Positions 17,856 to 28,900 of a stretch of 43,454 nt of DNA are shown here, piece by piece (positions within the stretch are counted from its first letter, which is position 1; each line of letters begins with the position of its first letter). The notes beneath the pieces were generated by a model. It saw nothing but the letters and a program-made list of their open reading frames with translations, made no database searches and had not been told where the DNA came from. The translations under genes and the position numbers were made by a program. Origin of the DNA: a virus (lineage: Duplodnaviria; Heunggongvirae; Uroviricota; Caudoviricetes). Location: positions 1 through 43,454 of the IMG/VR virus record IMGVR_UViG_3300031760_000016. One strand, 5' to 3'.

Positions 17856-18355
17856 TGGATCTGGTGGAATTCTATGATTATAAAAATCTGCTGATGAAGG
17901 ATCTGTGCTGCAATGAAAATGTGGTGAAGCTGGTGACCGGAAATGACGCGGCACCTGTGCCGAACCACAAGCTGCCGTACACACAAATCTTCCCGTATGA
18001 ATATGTGGATGCTACGGTTGACGAGGCAAAGACATACATATGCTTTGACGTTGACATCGTCAGCGTTCCCAACAAAACCTATTATATCCCTGTGCTTTAT
18101 ATCTGGATATTCACGCATAAGAGCCTGCTGCGCATGCCTAACGGCACGCTGCTGCTTGACAGGCTCAGCGCCGAGATCAACCTGATGCTGAATGGCAGCA
18201 GGTATTTTGGCCTTGGCGAGCTAAAGCTGGATTCCGTGAACCGGTTTTATCCGATCCACGATTATTCCGGACGAGCCCTGGTTTATTATGCGCGAGACTG
18301 GAACAGGCTGACGGCAAATAAGAGCATACCGAGTAACAGAAAGCTTGGCAGGTAA
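17855..18355 (+). CDS. Putative tail terminator/completion protein
   Basis: TAATG overlap, SD AAGGAGGG; function inferred from position. Confidence 0.5.
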   Translation: MDLVEFYDYKNLLMKDLCCNENVVKLVTGNDAAPVPNHKLPYTQIFPYEYVDATVDEAKTYICFDVDIVSVPNKTYYIPVLYIWIFTHKSLLRMPNGTLLLDRLSAEINLMLNGSRYFGLGELKLDSVNRFYPIHDYSGRALVYYARDWNRLTANKSIPSNRKLGR

Positions 18356-18357
18356 TT

Positions 18358-19071
18358 ATGGCTGGTCTGCTGTATGCAAGGGATATAAGGGTTAATGATG
18401 CGATTAGCATTCACGTCCCATTGGTTGGCGAGATACTTGACGCGGAGGATCAGTATTTTGAGATCATCTCCACGGTGATTGCCACGCCATATGACATGAT
18501 GGTGCAGCTTGATGACGCGGGTATTGATTTTACAAAGATTACTGCGTTTGAGCTGTTCTGTCTGGTTTTTAGCAATATACAGAGCGTTGACACAAGCCTT
18601 GTGTTCGGTGATTTGGATTTATCTGTGATGCAACCGGCGCTTAGTCCTGATACTAAGGAACTCGTTCTGGTGGATACCGAGAGGAATATCGCCATAGATC
18701 GTGCTGTACATGAACAGATTTGCCAAATAATCCGTAAGCTGCTGTATATACCAAAGGTAGAAAAGAAGCCCGCGAATGATGAGGCCAAGCGTTATATGCT
18801 CCAACGCGCCAGAAAGAGACTGGAGCGCCGCAAAAGGCAGGAGCAGGATAACAAGTCTCAGATTGAGGACATAATTATCGCGCTTGTGAACACCGAGCAG
18901 TTCTCGTATAACTATGAGACTGTGCGTGATCTGACTGTTTATCAGTTCTATTCCAGCCTTCAGCAGATATCCCACAAAATAAAGTTTGACAACACAATGA
19001 GTGGATATTATGCGGGCAACGTAAAATTCGAAGATCTGAAGCCTGAGGATAGAACCTGGCTTAGATCATAA
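18358..19071 (+). CDS. Hypothetical tail-module protein
   Basis: 237-aa ORF abutting its neighbours. Confidence 0.65.
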   Translation: MAGLLYARDIRVNDAISIHVPLVGEILDAEDQYFEIISTVIATPYDMMVQLDDAGIDFTKITAFELFCLVFSNIQSVDTSLVFGDLDLSVMQPALSPDTKELVLVDTERNIAIDRAVHEQICQIIRKLLYIPKVEKKPANDEAKRYMLQRARKRLERRKRQEQDNKSQIEDIIIALVNTEQFSYNYETVRDLTVYQFYSSLQQISHKIKFDNTMSGYYAGNVKFEDLKPEDRTWLRS

Positions 19072-19254
19072 TAAATGGGTGTGATTTGATTGGACGTTTT
19101 TCAGTATGTGCTTAATAAGCTGGCTGGCGAAGTCGAAGATATCGCTGAACTCAGTTTTGACGATACTGACTTTATTGACTTCTTGCCCATAAGCCTACTC
19201 GATGTCCTCACACTCGCGGACATCGATCCAAAATTGTTAGGAGGAATGAAAGAG

Positions 19255-20061
19255 ATGTTTAGTGTTGCTGATATTACTATCACTAGCCTGGATGTTATCA
19301 CCGCTTATTCTCTGGCGGGCGCTCCCCGTTTCGTCCTGGACGAGCTGCAGGATGCGACTATCGCGAATACCCAGGAGCGCGAGGATATTACCGGTAAGGG
19401 CGGCCGCAAGCTGAATACCCTGAAGCGCAACAAGGCTGTTACCATTTCCGGTACTAATGGCCTGCTGTCCGGCGGCCTGCTGGAGGCTCAGACCGGCTCT
19501 CAGTTCGAGAGCAAGACCGCTGCGCCCGTGGCGTGGTCCGAGTCCCTGGTGATCAATGGCGGCAAGGCCACCACCACCTATAAGGCCACTGGCACCGCTG
19601 GCGCTGAGATCGAGGCTCTGTATATCAAGACCTCTGACGGCCGTGCTTCCACCAAGCTGGAGCAGGATGCTACTGCTGCTGCCGGCAAGTTCGCCTATGC
19701 GCCTGAGACCAAGGAGCTGTCCTTCCAGGAGAGCGCCTATCCCGATGGCACTGAGATCGCCGTGTTCTATACTCGTAAGGTTGCCGGCGATGTGCTGAAC
19801 AACGATTCTGAGAAGTACTCCGAGAAGCTGCGCCTGGTCGTGGATGCTACCGGTGAGGACAAGTGCGCGAATGTGTACCATGTCCAGATCGAGATTCCGA
19901 AGGCCGACTTCTCCGGCGACTTCGATATCGCGATGGGCGACAGCCAGTCTGTGCATGCCTTTGAGGCTGAGTCCCTGGCTGGTGTCGGCTGCGGCGCTGC
20001 TGCGAAGGGCTACCTGTGGACTTACACCGTCTTCGGTGCGAACGCTGAGGACGCGGCCTAA
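19255..20061 (+). CDS. Major tail (tube) protein; frame also open upstream to TTG 19090
   Basis: SD AGGAGG before ATG 19255, very high codon bias like the capsid gene, beta-rich sequence. Confidence 0.7.
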   Translation: MFSVADITITSLDVITAYSLAGAPRFVLDELQDATIANTQEREDITGKGGRKLNTLKRNKAVTISGTNGLLSGGLLEAQTGSQFESKTAAPVAWSESLVINGGKATTTYKATGTAGAEIEALYIKTSDGRASTKLEQDATAAAGKFAYAPETKELSFQESAYPDGTEIAVFYTRKVAGDVLNNDSEKYSEKLRLVVDATGEDKCANVYHVQIEIPKADFSGDFDIAMGDSQSVHAFEAESLAGVGCGAAAKGYLWTYTVFGANAEDAA

Positions 20062-20073
20062 TCGAGGCTGAAA

Positions 20074-20265
20074 ATGCCCAAGGTAACTAGGGTGTGCAAG
20101 GCGTGTGGTAAAACCTACGAGGCGTGCCACACGCCTAATCCTAATCAGGTGTTCCGGTGGTTTGACATTGCCTGCAGCCAGGAATGCGCAATGGAGTATC
20201 TGAGAAGGGTTGAGGAGGCCAGGGCGGCTGAACAGATCGCTAGGGCTGAAAACAAAGACAATTAA
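20074..20265 (+). CDS. Small Cys4 Zn-finger-like protein
   Basis: CKAC…CSQEC, 63 aa. Confidence 0.65.
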   Translation: MPKVTRVCKACGKTYEACHTPNPNQVFRWFDIACSQECAMEYLRRVEEARAAEQIARAENKDN

Positions 20266-20273
20266 ATAGGGAG

Positions 20274-20318
20274 GAGGGTTATGTATGCGTTGCTGTCATA
20301 GATGCCCTCTTTTCTTTT
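20274..20318 (+). terminator. Possible intrinsic terminator
   Basis: Interrupted stem GAGGGT/GCCCTC plus TATG/CATA, followed by TTTTCTTTT. Confidence 0.45.
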
Positions 20319-20345
20319 ACGCATCAGGACGGAAGTGATACGGGA

Positions 20346-20822
20346 GTGGGACGGTCAAAATACAATGTGGACGATGATACCAGCAAGAGAACGTGCAATG
20401 GCATCGTGTTCGACAGCGTGATGGAGATGAAATACTATCGTGACGTGGTTTTGCCCCAAGTGGAGAGCGGCGGTATAACAAATTTCGAACTGCAGAAATC
20501 ATACGAGCTGCAACCAAAATTCACGCATGATGGTCAGTCGGTCCGCGCAATTACATATGTGGCGGATTTTTATTTGGAGCATGCAGATGGATCTGTTGTG
20601 GTTATTGACATAAAGGGCATGGCGGATTCGAAGGCGGTGCTGAAGAGGAAGCTATTTTGGTATAACTACCCGGACGTTGATTATCGGTGGATAACGTATG
20701 TGAAGAAGTACGGCGGCTGGGTGAACTGGGACGATGTACAGAAACTGAGAAAAGCTGATCGGATGAAAAGGAAAGAATTGGAGGAAATGAAAAATGGCGA
20801 AGAGCAAGAAGCTAACGTTTAA
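20346..20822 (+). CDS. DUF1064-like PD-(D/E)xK nuclease
   Basis: SKYN…GIVFDS..E..YY…LQ..YELQPKF…ITYVADF…VIDIKG. Confidence 0.75.
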   Translation: MGRSKYNVDDDTSKRTCNGIVFDSVMEMKYYRDVVLPQVESGGITNFELQKSYELQPKFTHDGQSVRAITYVADFYLEHADGSVVVIDIKGMADSKAVLKRKLFWYNYPDVDYRWITYVKKYGGWVNWDDVQKLRKADRMKRKELEEMKNGEEQEANV

Positions 20823-21420
20823 TATGATCGCGACTGATATGGAGAAGCCTGAGGTTGTGCATATGGAGATACAGGGCAAAAATAAGGTGCACGCGTTTGA
20901 CGTAAAGAAGATGCTGACCATGCAGGAGTCTGTGTCGTTCGTGGATGACGTGTATAACCTGTGCGTCAATGTTGACAATGGTGTGTACCGTGCGGATCTC
21001 CTTGATTTTGCGATGAGGGTATTCACGCTTGTTTATTATGCGGGCATTTCCGCGCCTGAAAATCTTGAGGCTGCGCAGATCGTAATCTACATCACCAGCA
21101 TTTATGATGATGTGCTGGCCGTGATTTGCCCGGATCAGTACAAGGCACTTTATCGCGCTGTTCTGGATAAGATCGGTTTTGCCAAACGTATGATGTGCGC
21201 GACTCAGTCCTCCAGACTTGGAGATCTCATCATGAAGATGGACGCGGTGCTGTCTGATGGAAATAAGGCGATGGAGACCATTACAAGCCCTGACTTCCTG
21301 GAGAAGATGAACGGCATTCTGGAGCTTGCGAATGAGCAGCAGGATGATGCGGGCGTGGTTAATGAAGAACCAGAGAACGTGGTAGCGCTCTTTGGCAACG
21401 AAACAACCGATGACGAGTAA
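20794..21420 (+). CDS. Putative tail assembly chaperone, paralogue 1
   Basis: SD GGAGG, helical, similar to the next two ORFs. Confidence 0.55.
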   Translation: MAKSKKLTFNMIATDMEKPEVVHMEIQGKNKVHAFDVKKMLTMQESVSFVDDVYNLCVNVDNGVYRADLLDFAMRVFTLVYYAGISAPENLEAAQIVIYITSIYDDVLAVICPDQYKALYRAVLDKIGFAKRMMCATQSSRLGDLIMKMDAVLSDGNKAMETITSPDFLEKMNGILELANEQQDDAGVVNEEPENVVALFGNETTDDE

Positions 21421-21439
21421 TGGATAGCGGAGGTGTAGG

Positions 21440-21928
21440 ATGGCTAAGGCAAAGAAAGTGACGTTTAGCATGCTTGAAAAGCATGTGGATGATATCCCGA
21501 TGAGGGAGTTCGTTATTGAGGACGGGGTTGCGTTGCAGGTTAAGCACGTCCTTGGATTTAAGGAGGCGATGGATTTTGTTAGAGCAGCCTCTGAGGAGTG
21601 TTTTGATAAGAATGGGAATTACATGCCTGAGGTTGTTGAATTCATCATCAGGATGAACACGCTGATCTATTACGCGGGATTGCCCGCGCCAACAAATTAT
21701 GAGAAGGCGTATCGCGCCGTAATGCTATGGGACGGATACGAGGAATTGATGGACTACATCAATAGTGAACAGTATGATGGTCTTACTGCGGCTATTTACG
21801 CCAGGATTGCGTATATCAGAAACACGGTGATTCAGACGAAGACAAGTCAGGTCAACGAGATCATTATGCGTTTGAACGATGCGTTGGGCGTTACTGATGC
21901 TGGTGACGGAGGATCGGGCGATGAATGA
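21440..21928 (+). CDS. Putative tail assembly chaperone, paralogue 2
   Basis: SD GGAGGTG; starts MAKAKKVTFSM versus MAKSKKLTFNM in paralogue 1. Confidence 0.55.
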   Translation: MAKAKKVTFSMLEKHVDDIPMREFVIEDGVALQVKHVLGFKEAMDFVRAASEECFDKNGNYMPEVVEFIIRMNTLIYYAGLPAPTNYEKAYRAVMLWDGYEELMDYINSEQYDGLTAAIYARIAYIRNTVIQTKTSQVNEIIMRLNDALGVTDAGDGGSGDE

Positions 21929-22310
21929 TGTTGAGGGTTATTTGAGTAGTGACCAGGTTATGAAGGTAGGACTGCGAGGATACAAGGAGAGCACGAAGGT
22001 CAACTGGCACGGTGTGATCATTGACGTGGACTATTTTCTGACCATTGAAGAGGAGGGATTGATCATTGGGTCAATCCTTAATTGTTGTGCGCGTGAAGAT
22101 GAAGCCGGCGACGAATACATAGAGCCGCAGCTGGTGGATCAGGCGATCCGAACACATATCATTGCTGCATATGCGCATGTTGCCATTCCAAATGATCTGG
22201 AGAAGCAGCACAGATTGGTGTACTGCAGCGATCTGTACGACGTGGTGCTGAAAAATGCTAACCAGGCACAGATCAATAATATTATAGCTGTTGTGAAGAG
22301 TTATATGTGA
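21921..22310 (+). CDS. Putative tail assembly chaperone, paralogue 3
   Basis: SD GGAGG then ATG 21921; shares the helical core pattern. Confidence 0.5.
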   Translation: MNDVEGYLSSDQVMKVGLRGYKESTKVNWHGVIIDVDYFLTIEEEGLIIGSILNCCAREDEAGDEYIEPQLVDQAIRTHIIAAYAHVAIPNDLEKQHRLVYCSDLYDVVLKNANQAQINNIIAVVKSYM

Positions 22311-22326
22311 ATAAGGAGGTGGGCTC

Positions 22327-22887
22327 TTGGACGGCATGATGGAATACTTCCACAAATATGTACAGGAAACGCTTAAGACTATCCATGTCGATGCACAGAA
22401 AACTGCCGAGGACGCTCACAAAGAGGTCGTTCAAGAGCTTATCCCCGAATTTGCCAAAGAAATAAAGAAGATATATGCTGAGCGAGACGTTGAAGGGTTT
22501 GGTTCTGGCGCAGTTGCCGAGTGGTATGGTGCATATAAGCCCAGGCAGTACCATCGCAAAGAAAGCCTGTACAACCTTATGGAGATTGACGAAGATGCGG
22601 CGAACATGAGAGTTGGATGGGGTTTTTCTGATGCCAATATGACCAAGGACAGAAAGGGTGGAAGCCTGTTTGAAAAAGTGTTCGTTCAGGGATGGCATGG
22701 TGGATCTCCAGACCCGGATACCGGTGAAATGATTTATCCGTTTGGTCATCTTCCTGCTGTACAGACGGAATCCGCATTGAGTATCTTTAACAGGATGGAA
22801 GTGGAAGTTGAACAAAATTACAGGGATAAAATCGTGGAATTAACTCAGCAAAGATTTGCACAGAAATGGCATGAACTGCATGGATAG
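22327..22887 (+). CDS. Hypothetical tail-module protein
   Basis: SD AAGGAGGTG, TTG start, directly upstream of the TMP. Confidence 0.6.
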   Translation: MDGMMEYFHKYVQETLKTIHVDAQKTAEDAHKEVVQELIPEFAKEIKKIYAERDVEGFGSGAVAEWYGAYKPRQYHRKESLYNLMEIDEDAANMRVGWGFSDANMTKDRKGGSLFEKVFVQGWHGGSPDPDTGEMIYPFGHLPAVQTESALSIFNRMEVEVEQNYRDKIVELTQQRFAQKWHELHG

Positions 22888-22901
22888 CGGAGGTGATGTA
22901 G

Positions 22902-25900
22902 ATGGCCAAGAAAAACGGTATTTCGGGCAGTGCAGATTTTAGTACTCAAATAAATGTTGCACTTAATGTGGATGGAGCGGCCATGGCTGCTGCCGAGGCT
23001 TCCATACAGAAATTCCAAAAAGCTATTGTTGATTTGGGTAACACTATGTCAGCGATGGCCAGGGGAAACGATATAAATAAATACTGGAACACCTATGCTT
23101 CTAGCATTGAGGGAGTCAGTGAAGCATATAAACGCTTTACTCGCGCATGGGGTGAAGCGGATCGCGCTACTGCTGCCTCGGATTTTATTAAAAGTCTCCA
23201 CTCTTTCAAAGCGCTTGGAAACGATACCACTGTATTTTTGGAAAAATACGGCGAAGGGTTCAGAGAAGCAGCGCATGAGGCCAGTGGACTAGCAAAGAGT
23301 ACCGTCGAAGCATTTTCAATTACTAATCTTAAATCTGCATTCGAGTCCTTTGACAGAATGAAAGAAATGGGCTTGGAACTCGAAGATGTATTTGACAAAC
23401 TGAATTCAAAAGATACGAATGAGCTACAGCGATCACTAGATATTCTGTCTACTAAGTTTGCTAAGGCGCAGGAAGACTTAAGGCAAGCCAGAGAAGAACT
23501 GCAAGGCTTTGAGAGTGGTGCTGGTATTGACGTCCTAAATGATAAGATTGAGCAGCTTGAAAGCAAACTAAGCTACCTGGTCGATACCATGAAGGAAGAG
23601 TTTAGAGATTTCCTGTCAGCCAACAATTTTGCCGGCCACGATTTGTATGAAGAAGGTCGCTTCCATGATTACTTTGAGTCTATCGAGGAAGGTTACACTA
23701 CAGCGAAGGAAGCAATCGCTGGTTTCAAACAGGAGTACGACTACCTGTTAAAGGAAAATGCAGAGAATTCTTCTGGTATGAGAAGCGTCGGGCGGGAAAT
23801 TGATGAAAATGCTGAAGCGTTGATTCGCCATGGAGAAGCGCTCTCGAACATAGCGTCGCAAAGTGAAACCGTTAATGACGTGATTGAGAATCTTGCCGAA
23901 CTTGCCAACAGAAGCGGCGAGGCAGGAGAAGGAATAAATAACATTTATGATTCCATAACGAATGTGGTAAGCGGCTTGAGCAACCTTAATTCTCTCAGTG
24001 AGGACAAGGTTATTGGCATTTCAAACATGCTTTCGCAAATTGCCAGGCTTGGTAATGCGCAGGGGACTGGTAATAGTGTTAAGAATATTGCAGCCGCTCT
24101 TAATTCGTTGAGCGGAATAGGAAACGTAAGCAATCTTGCTATATTGTCCAGTTTGGACTTTACTGGATTTAAGAGTTTCGAGGGGCTGAAGGTCAGCAAG
24201 GCAGCGCTTACAAATCTGGCGACCTATTTACCACCAATTTCAAATGTTAATGTTGCAGTGCTTGAGCGGCTTGCCGGCATAGATTGGAGTAAGCTGAAAA
24301 CGCTTCGTGTTAATTCGAATGCGATTGAGGAGCTCAAAAAGTTTACAGATACAGCGAGTGGGGAAACCGGCGCTGAAAACGCTGCGACTGGTGTTGGCAG
24401 CATTGAAGAGAAGGCGAAAAATGCTGAGAGTGCCCTAAAAGGAATCAATGATACGGTAACTGGCATTCGGGATTCTTTCGTCAACCTCAAGGAAGCCGTA
24501 GTTGAGTCACTGAATTTTGATAAGCCTACACGGGATATACAAAGCCTCAGGGACGAAGTGGCCAAGCTTTCAACTAACATTGATGCGATGACGACCAGCT
24601 ATGAGCGTATGCAGCGCGTCAGGCTGTCCGCAGAACAGAAGGCAAATGTTGCTGGTGAGGCGAGTATCCTTGACAGCGAGAAGCGTGCTGCCAAGAAAGC
24701 TTATGACGCTTTGCTCGGTGGAAATTATGATCCTGCTGTCGTTGCAGAACTGACGGCTAGGTACCGTGAATTCGTCAGCGCGATTTCTGATGTTGAAGCC
24801 AAGCATAAGACGCTGGGCGCACAGGGTCAGGAAGTCATTTCTATGATTACAGCTCAGGGTGCGGCGTTCCGTAATGATGTGGCTGCACTTGGTGAACTTG
24901 CCAAAGAGTCACAGGAGGCAGAGGCGGCGCAGGAAAAGCTTGCCGGTGCTGCGAAGAAGCAAGAGGATCAGCTGAAAGCCAATAATCTGAAGGAATACGT
25001 CAAAGACCTGGCTTCCATCAGAAAAGAAGTCAATTCGATGCAGAATGACCTGATGGCGCTGGTCAATTCTGGTGGCAAGTATGAAGGACTTGAGCAGGCG
25101 ATCGAGGATTCTTTGAGGCTTGACAGACTTCTGACTGACAAGGAGCAGCGTTCGAAGCTTGGGCAGACTGGCAGCCTGGATTACCTCCGCAAGCAAGTTG
25201 CGGTGTTGAAGGAAAACACCGACGGTATGATGGCTTTGGCTAAAGCTGAGGCAGAGGCTGCTGATGAAGCAAAGAAGCTGGAGAAAACCAATGCAGCGGA
25301 AAGCATGAAGAAAATGCTTTCTGAGCTCAATAAGATACAGACCGAAGCAAAGAATGGTCTTTCGTCTCTTTCAGACAGCAAGTACGACGAAGAAGCGGTG
25401 CTTGGGATCCGCCAGCACTACCAGGAACTTGTTGACAAAATAGCTGAGTACCGCACAGGCCAGAAGGAAGTTACTGAGGATGTCGTAACCAATCTGCGGA
25501 GCGAGGCAAACGCAATACAAGATTCGATCGACGCTCTGAAGCGAAAGACTTCAGCTGCCCAGGAAAACGCTCGCGTAGAACAGACTGGCGCTAAACAGAC
25601 AGAGTTAAGTGCTCGGAGAGAAGCTACGCTTTTAAAGCAGGCGGAGGGACTGCGCGGACGAATTTCTGCATACATACAGGGCAACACGAAAGCCTATTCG
25701 ATGTATGGAGAACAGCTCAATCAGCTATTGAGTGAGCTGAATCAGAATGCGTCAATTACACCTGAGAAACTTTCTCAGATTGCAACTGAGTTCGCTAAAA
25801 TACAAAACGCAGCGAAGCTTGCTGGTGCAACCGGCAAGACTTTTTTTGACTCTCTGAAAGATATTTGGAAGCGTTACAGCGGCTGGACACTCGTTACGAA

Positions 25901-28900
25901 GGCGATGATGTCCGTGCTGAATACGTTCAAGAAAATGATCAGCAACGTCAAAGAACTTGATGCAGCTATGACGGAGTTGAAGAAGGTTACAGATCTGACA
26001 GCTGCAGGTTATCAGCGATTCTTCAACACAGCCGCTAAAACTGCGAAGGAAATTGGCGCGACGATCACTGATACAATTAACGCGACGGCAGATTTTGCCA
26101 GGCTTGGATACGGTGTAGAAGAGGCCGCCTCGCTTGCGAAGGCCGCACTTGTCTACAAAAACGTCGGGGATGGCATAAACAGTATAAATGATGCGTCGGA
26201 ATCGCTGATCTCCACGCTTAAGGCGTTTGGTGATGAAGCGTATGACGCGATGCAGGTCGTTGACATGTTCAACGAGGTTGGTAATAATTTCGCGATCAGC
26301 AGTACCGGCGTAGGCGAGGCTCTTCTGCGCTCTGCGGCTGCTTTGGCTGGCGCTGGGAATACGCTTGAAGAGAGCATTGGCTTGATTACTGCGACGAATG
26401 CGATCATTCAGAATCCTGAGTCTGTTGGTACGTCGATGAAAACCATGACCATGTACCTAAGAGCGGCCAAAACAGAACTGGAAGACGCGGGTGAGTCAAG
26501 TGAAGGATGCGCTGAATCAGTCTCCAAACTGAGATCTGAGTTGATGTCTTTGACAAAGGTTGACATAATGAAGAGTGAAAATGAGTTTAAGTCTACCTAT
26601 CAAATCATCAAGGAACTTTCAGAGAAATGGGGAGAGATGACTGATGTTACTCGTGCCAATGTCACTAATCTGCTTGGTGGCAAGAGAAATGCAAACGTCA
26701 TTCAGGCGTTGATGACTAATTTCCAGGATGCCGAGAAAGCCGCCGAAACAGCGGCGAATTCTATGGGATCTGCATTTTTAGAGAACCAGAAATACCTTGA
26801 TAGTATTCAAGGACGCATAGATATAGTAAAGGCTAAATTCGAAGAGCTTTCACAAAGTGTGATAAGCAGTGACATTGTGAAATTCGTGATCAGTTTGAGT
26901 GGTGGCTTGATTGATGTCTTCAATGCTTTGAGTAAAGTCAATTTGCTTTTGCCCACTTTAACTCTAGCAGTTACCCATCTTATCGGATTTGGCTTGGCGA
27001 AGGATGTACAAAAAATAGTCAATGGGGTAGTTAGCAGTCTGAATGTGACGGGTGTTGACTCTTCAAGGATTATTTCCGATATGACGGTTGCAGTCGCTGG
27101 TTTGTCTGCGCAGCAGCAAAAACTAACTATAGATATGGTGAATAATGCTGCTGCGTCTGGTTTGCTTAGCAAAGAATATGCGACTCAGATCGTTGATGCG
27201 TTGCAGTTAACGACAGCGAATACAGGTCTTGCAGCATCGGCACATGGTGTTGCGGCTGGCCTTAAAGCTGCCTGGACTGCAATTCCTGTGATTGGTAAGG
27301 TAGCAATGGTGGTGTCTGTAGCGATAGCAGCGTTGCAGCACTTCATGTCAAAGTCAAAAGAAGCGCATGATAATGCAATTGATACCGCTGATGGAATTGT
27401 TAGTTCGTATGATACTGCTCAAAAGTCTTTTGACAGGAACATGAAGACAATAGACGGCTTAAAAGAAAGATTTTATGAGTTGTCAAAAGGTGTAGACGAT
27501 AATGGCAATAATATCAATTTAACTGCTGATGAGTACGCCGAATTCATGGGGATTATTGATCAACTTGTTGATATTTCTCCTAGTATTGTGCTTGCATACG
27601 ACAGTCAGGGCAACAAGGTATTGGAATATAAAGACGCCATAAGGCAAGCGGCAGATGAGCAGGAACGTCTAAACGAAGCAAATCGTAAGGCATATATAGC
27701 TGGGGGCCCTGACATAATTAAAGGAGGTCGTACTAAGTCACAAGACTATGAAGCAGATTTGTTGCTCATGGGTCAGTATGTGGAAGATGCGTTTAGTGTT
27801 GGGTTTGATTCTGTTCAGGATGAAAAATATGAAAAGGCGTATGCCTTATATGAACTGCTAAACGATCAACTTGGTATTCTTAAGAGTATTTCGTCTTACG
27901 ATGAATGGATCCTATATGACGGTCAACTTCCTGTGAAAGACATAGAAGCGATGCGGACGCTGTACGAGAACGCAGAACATTTCTATGCTCTCGCACAAGA
28001 AAGTGGATTGTTTGATCCACGGGAATTGGAAGCATTAAACAATGCAATTAACAATATGAGCTCTGTTTATGCTGCCATGGCGTCCGAGGAAGAAGTAGTT
28101 ATATCATACATGATGGAGCGATTCAGGGATCAATCATGGTTCAAAGACTTGCCCTTGGATGCCATAAAGCAACTGCGAGATAGCTTAGCAGATGTAATTG
28201 ACCTGACCGATGATTCTGTAACACCTGAACGCATGATCGCAGATCTTTTGGAGTATGGCAGGCAGTTTGCTGAATTGTTTACAAATGACGATGTAAAGTC
28301 TGTGGCTAATGCTGGTAACGCACTGAAAGATATAGACAAAACAACGAAAGACGGGAGACAGGCTATCGAGACCTACAATACAATGGTTGATCAGCTGATT
28401 AGCTCACTGCGTGAGGCTGGCGAAACAGGTGATCTTGAGGGTCTCAAAAATTACCTGTTGAGTCTTACAAATGCAGCGCAGGAAAGTGTGCCGTCGCTCG
28501 AAGAGGAGTCACGTGAAATCATGAGTTTGTCTGATACTCTGAAGTATCTAAGTGACTCATACGCTATTCTTTCAAAAGTTAGATCTGAGATGGATGCAAA
28601 TGGTGGTATTAGTAATGACACTCTGTCATCCATGATTTCAGCATTATCCGATGGCGAAGACATTAATAAATACATCAGTGTAGAAAATGGCCTGTTAAAG
28701 GTGAATATAGAAGCGTGGGAAGCAAGGTCTGTCGCAAAGACAGAGGATAGCATTAGTATCATGCAACAAGAGAATGATGAACTTATGCGTGAAAATGAAT
28801 TGCTTCTCGAAAGAGCTGATAGAGGTCAAACACAGCTTTATGATCAGTATGACAAAAACGCTGAGAAGATAAAGAAGAATTCACAGCAGATAATTATCTA

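Noticed and set aside
20059-20076. Tail tube and the Zn-finger ORF are in the same frame, so stop read-through could fuse them
   Set aside because: The stop is TAA (least leaky) and the downstream ORF has its own GAGG and ATG.
20794-22887. Classical tail-chaperone -1 frameshift
   Set aside because: No convincing XXXYYYZ slippery heptamer near an ORF end was found by eye, and each ORF has its own SD.
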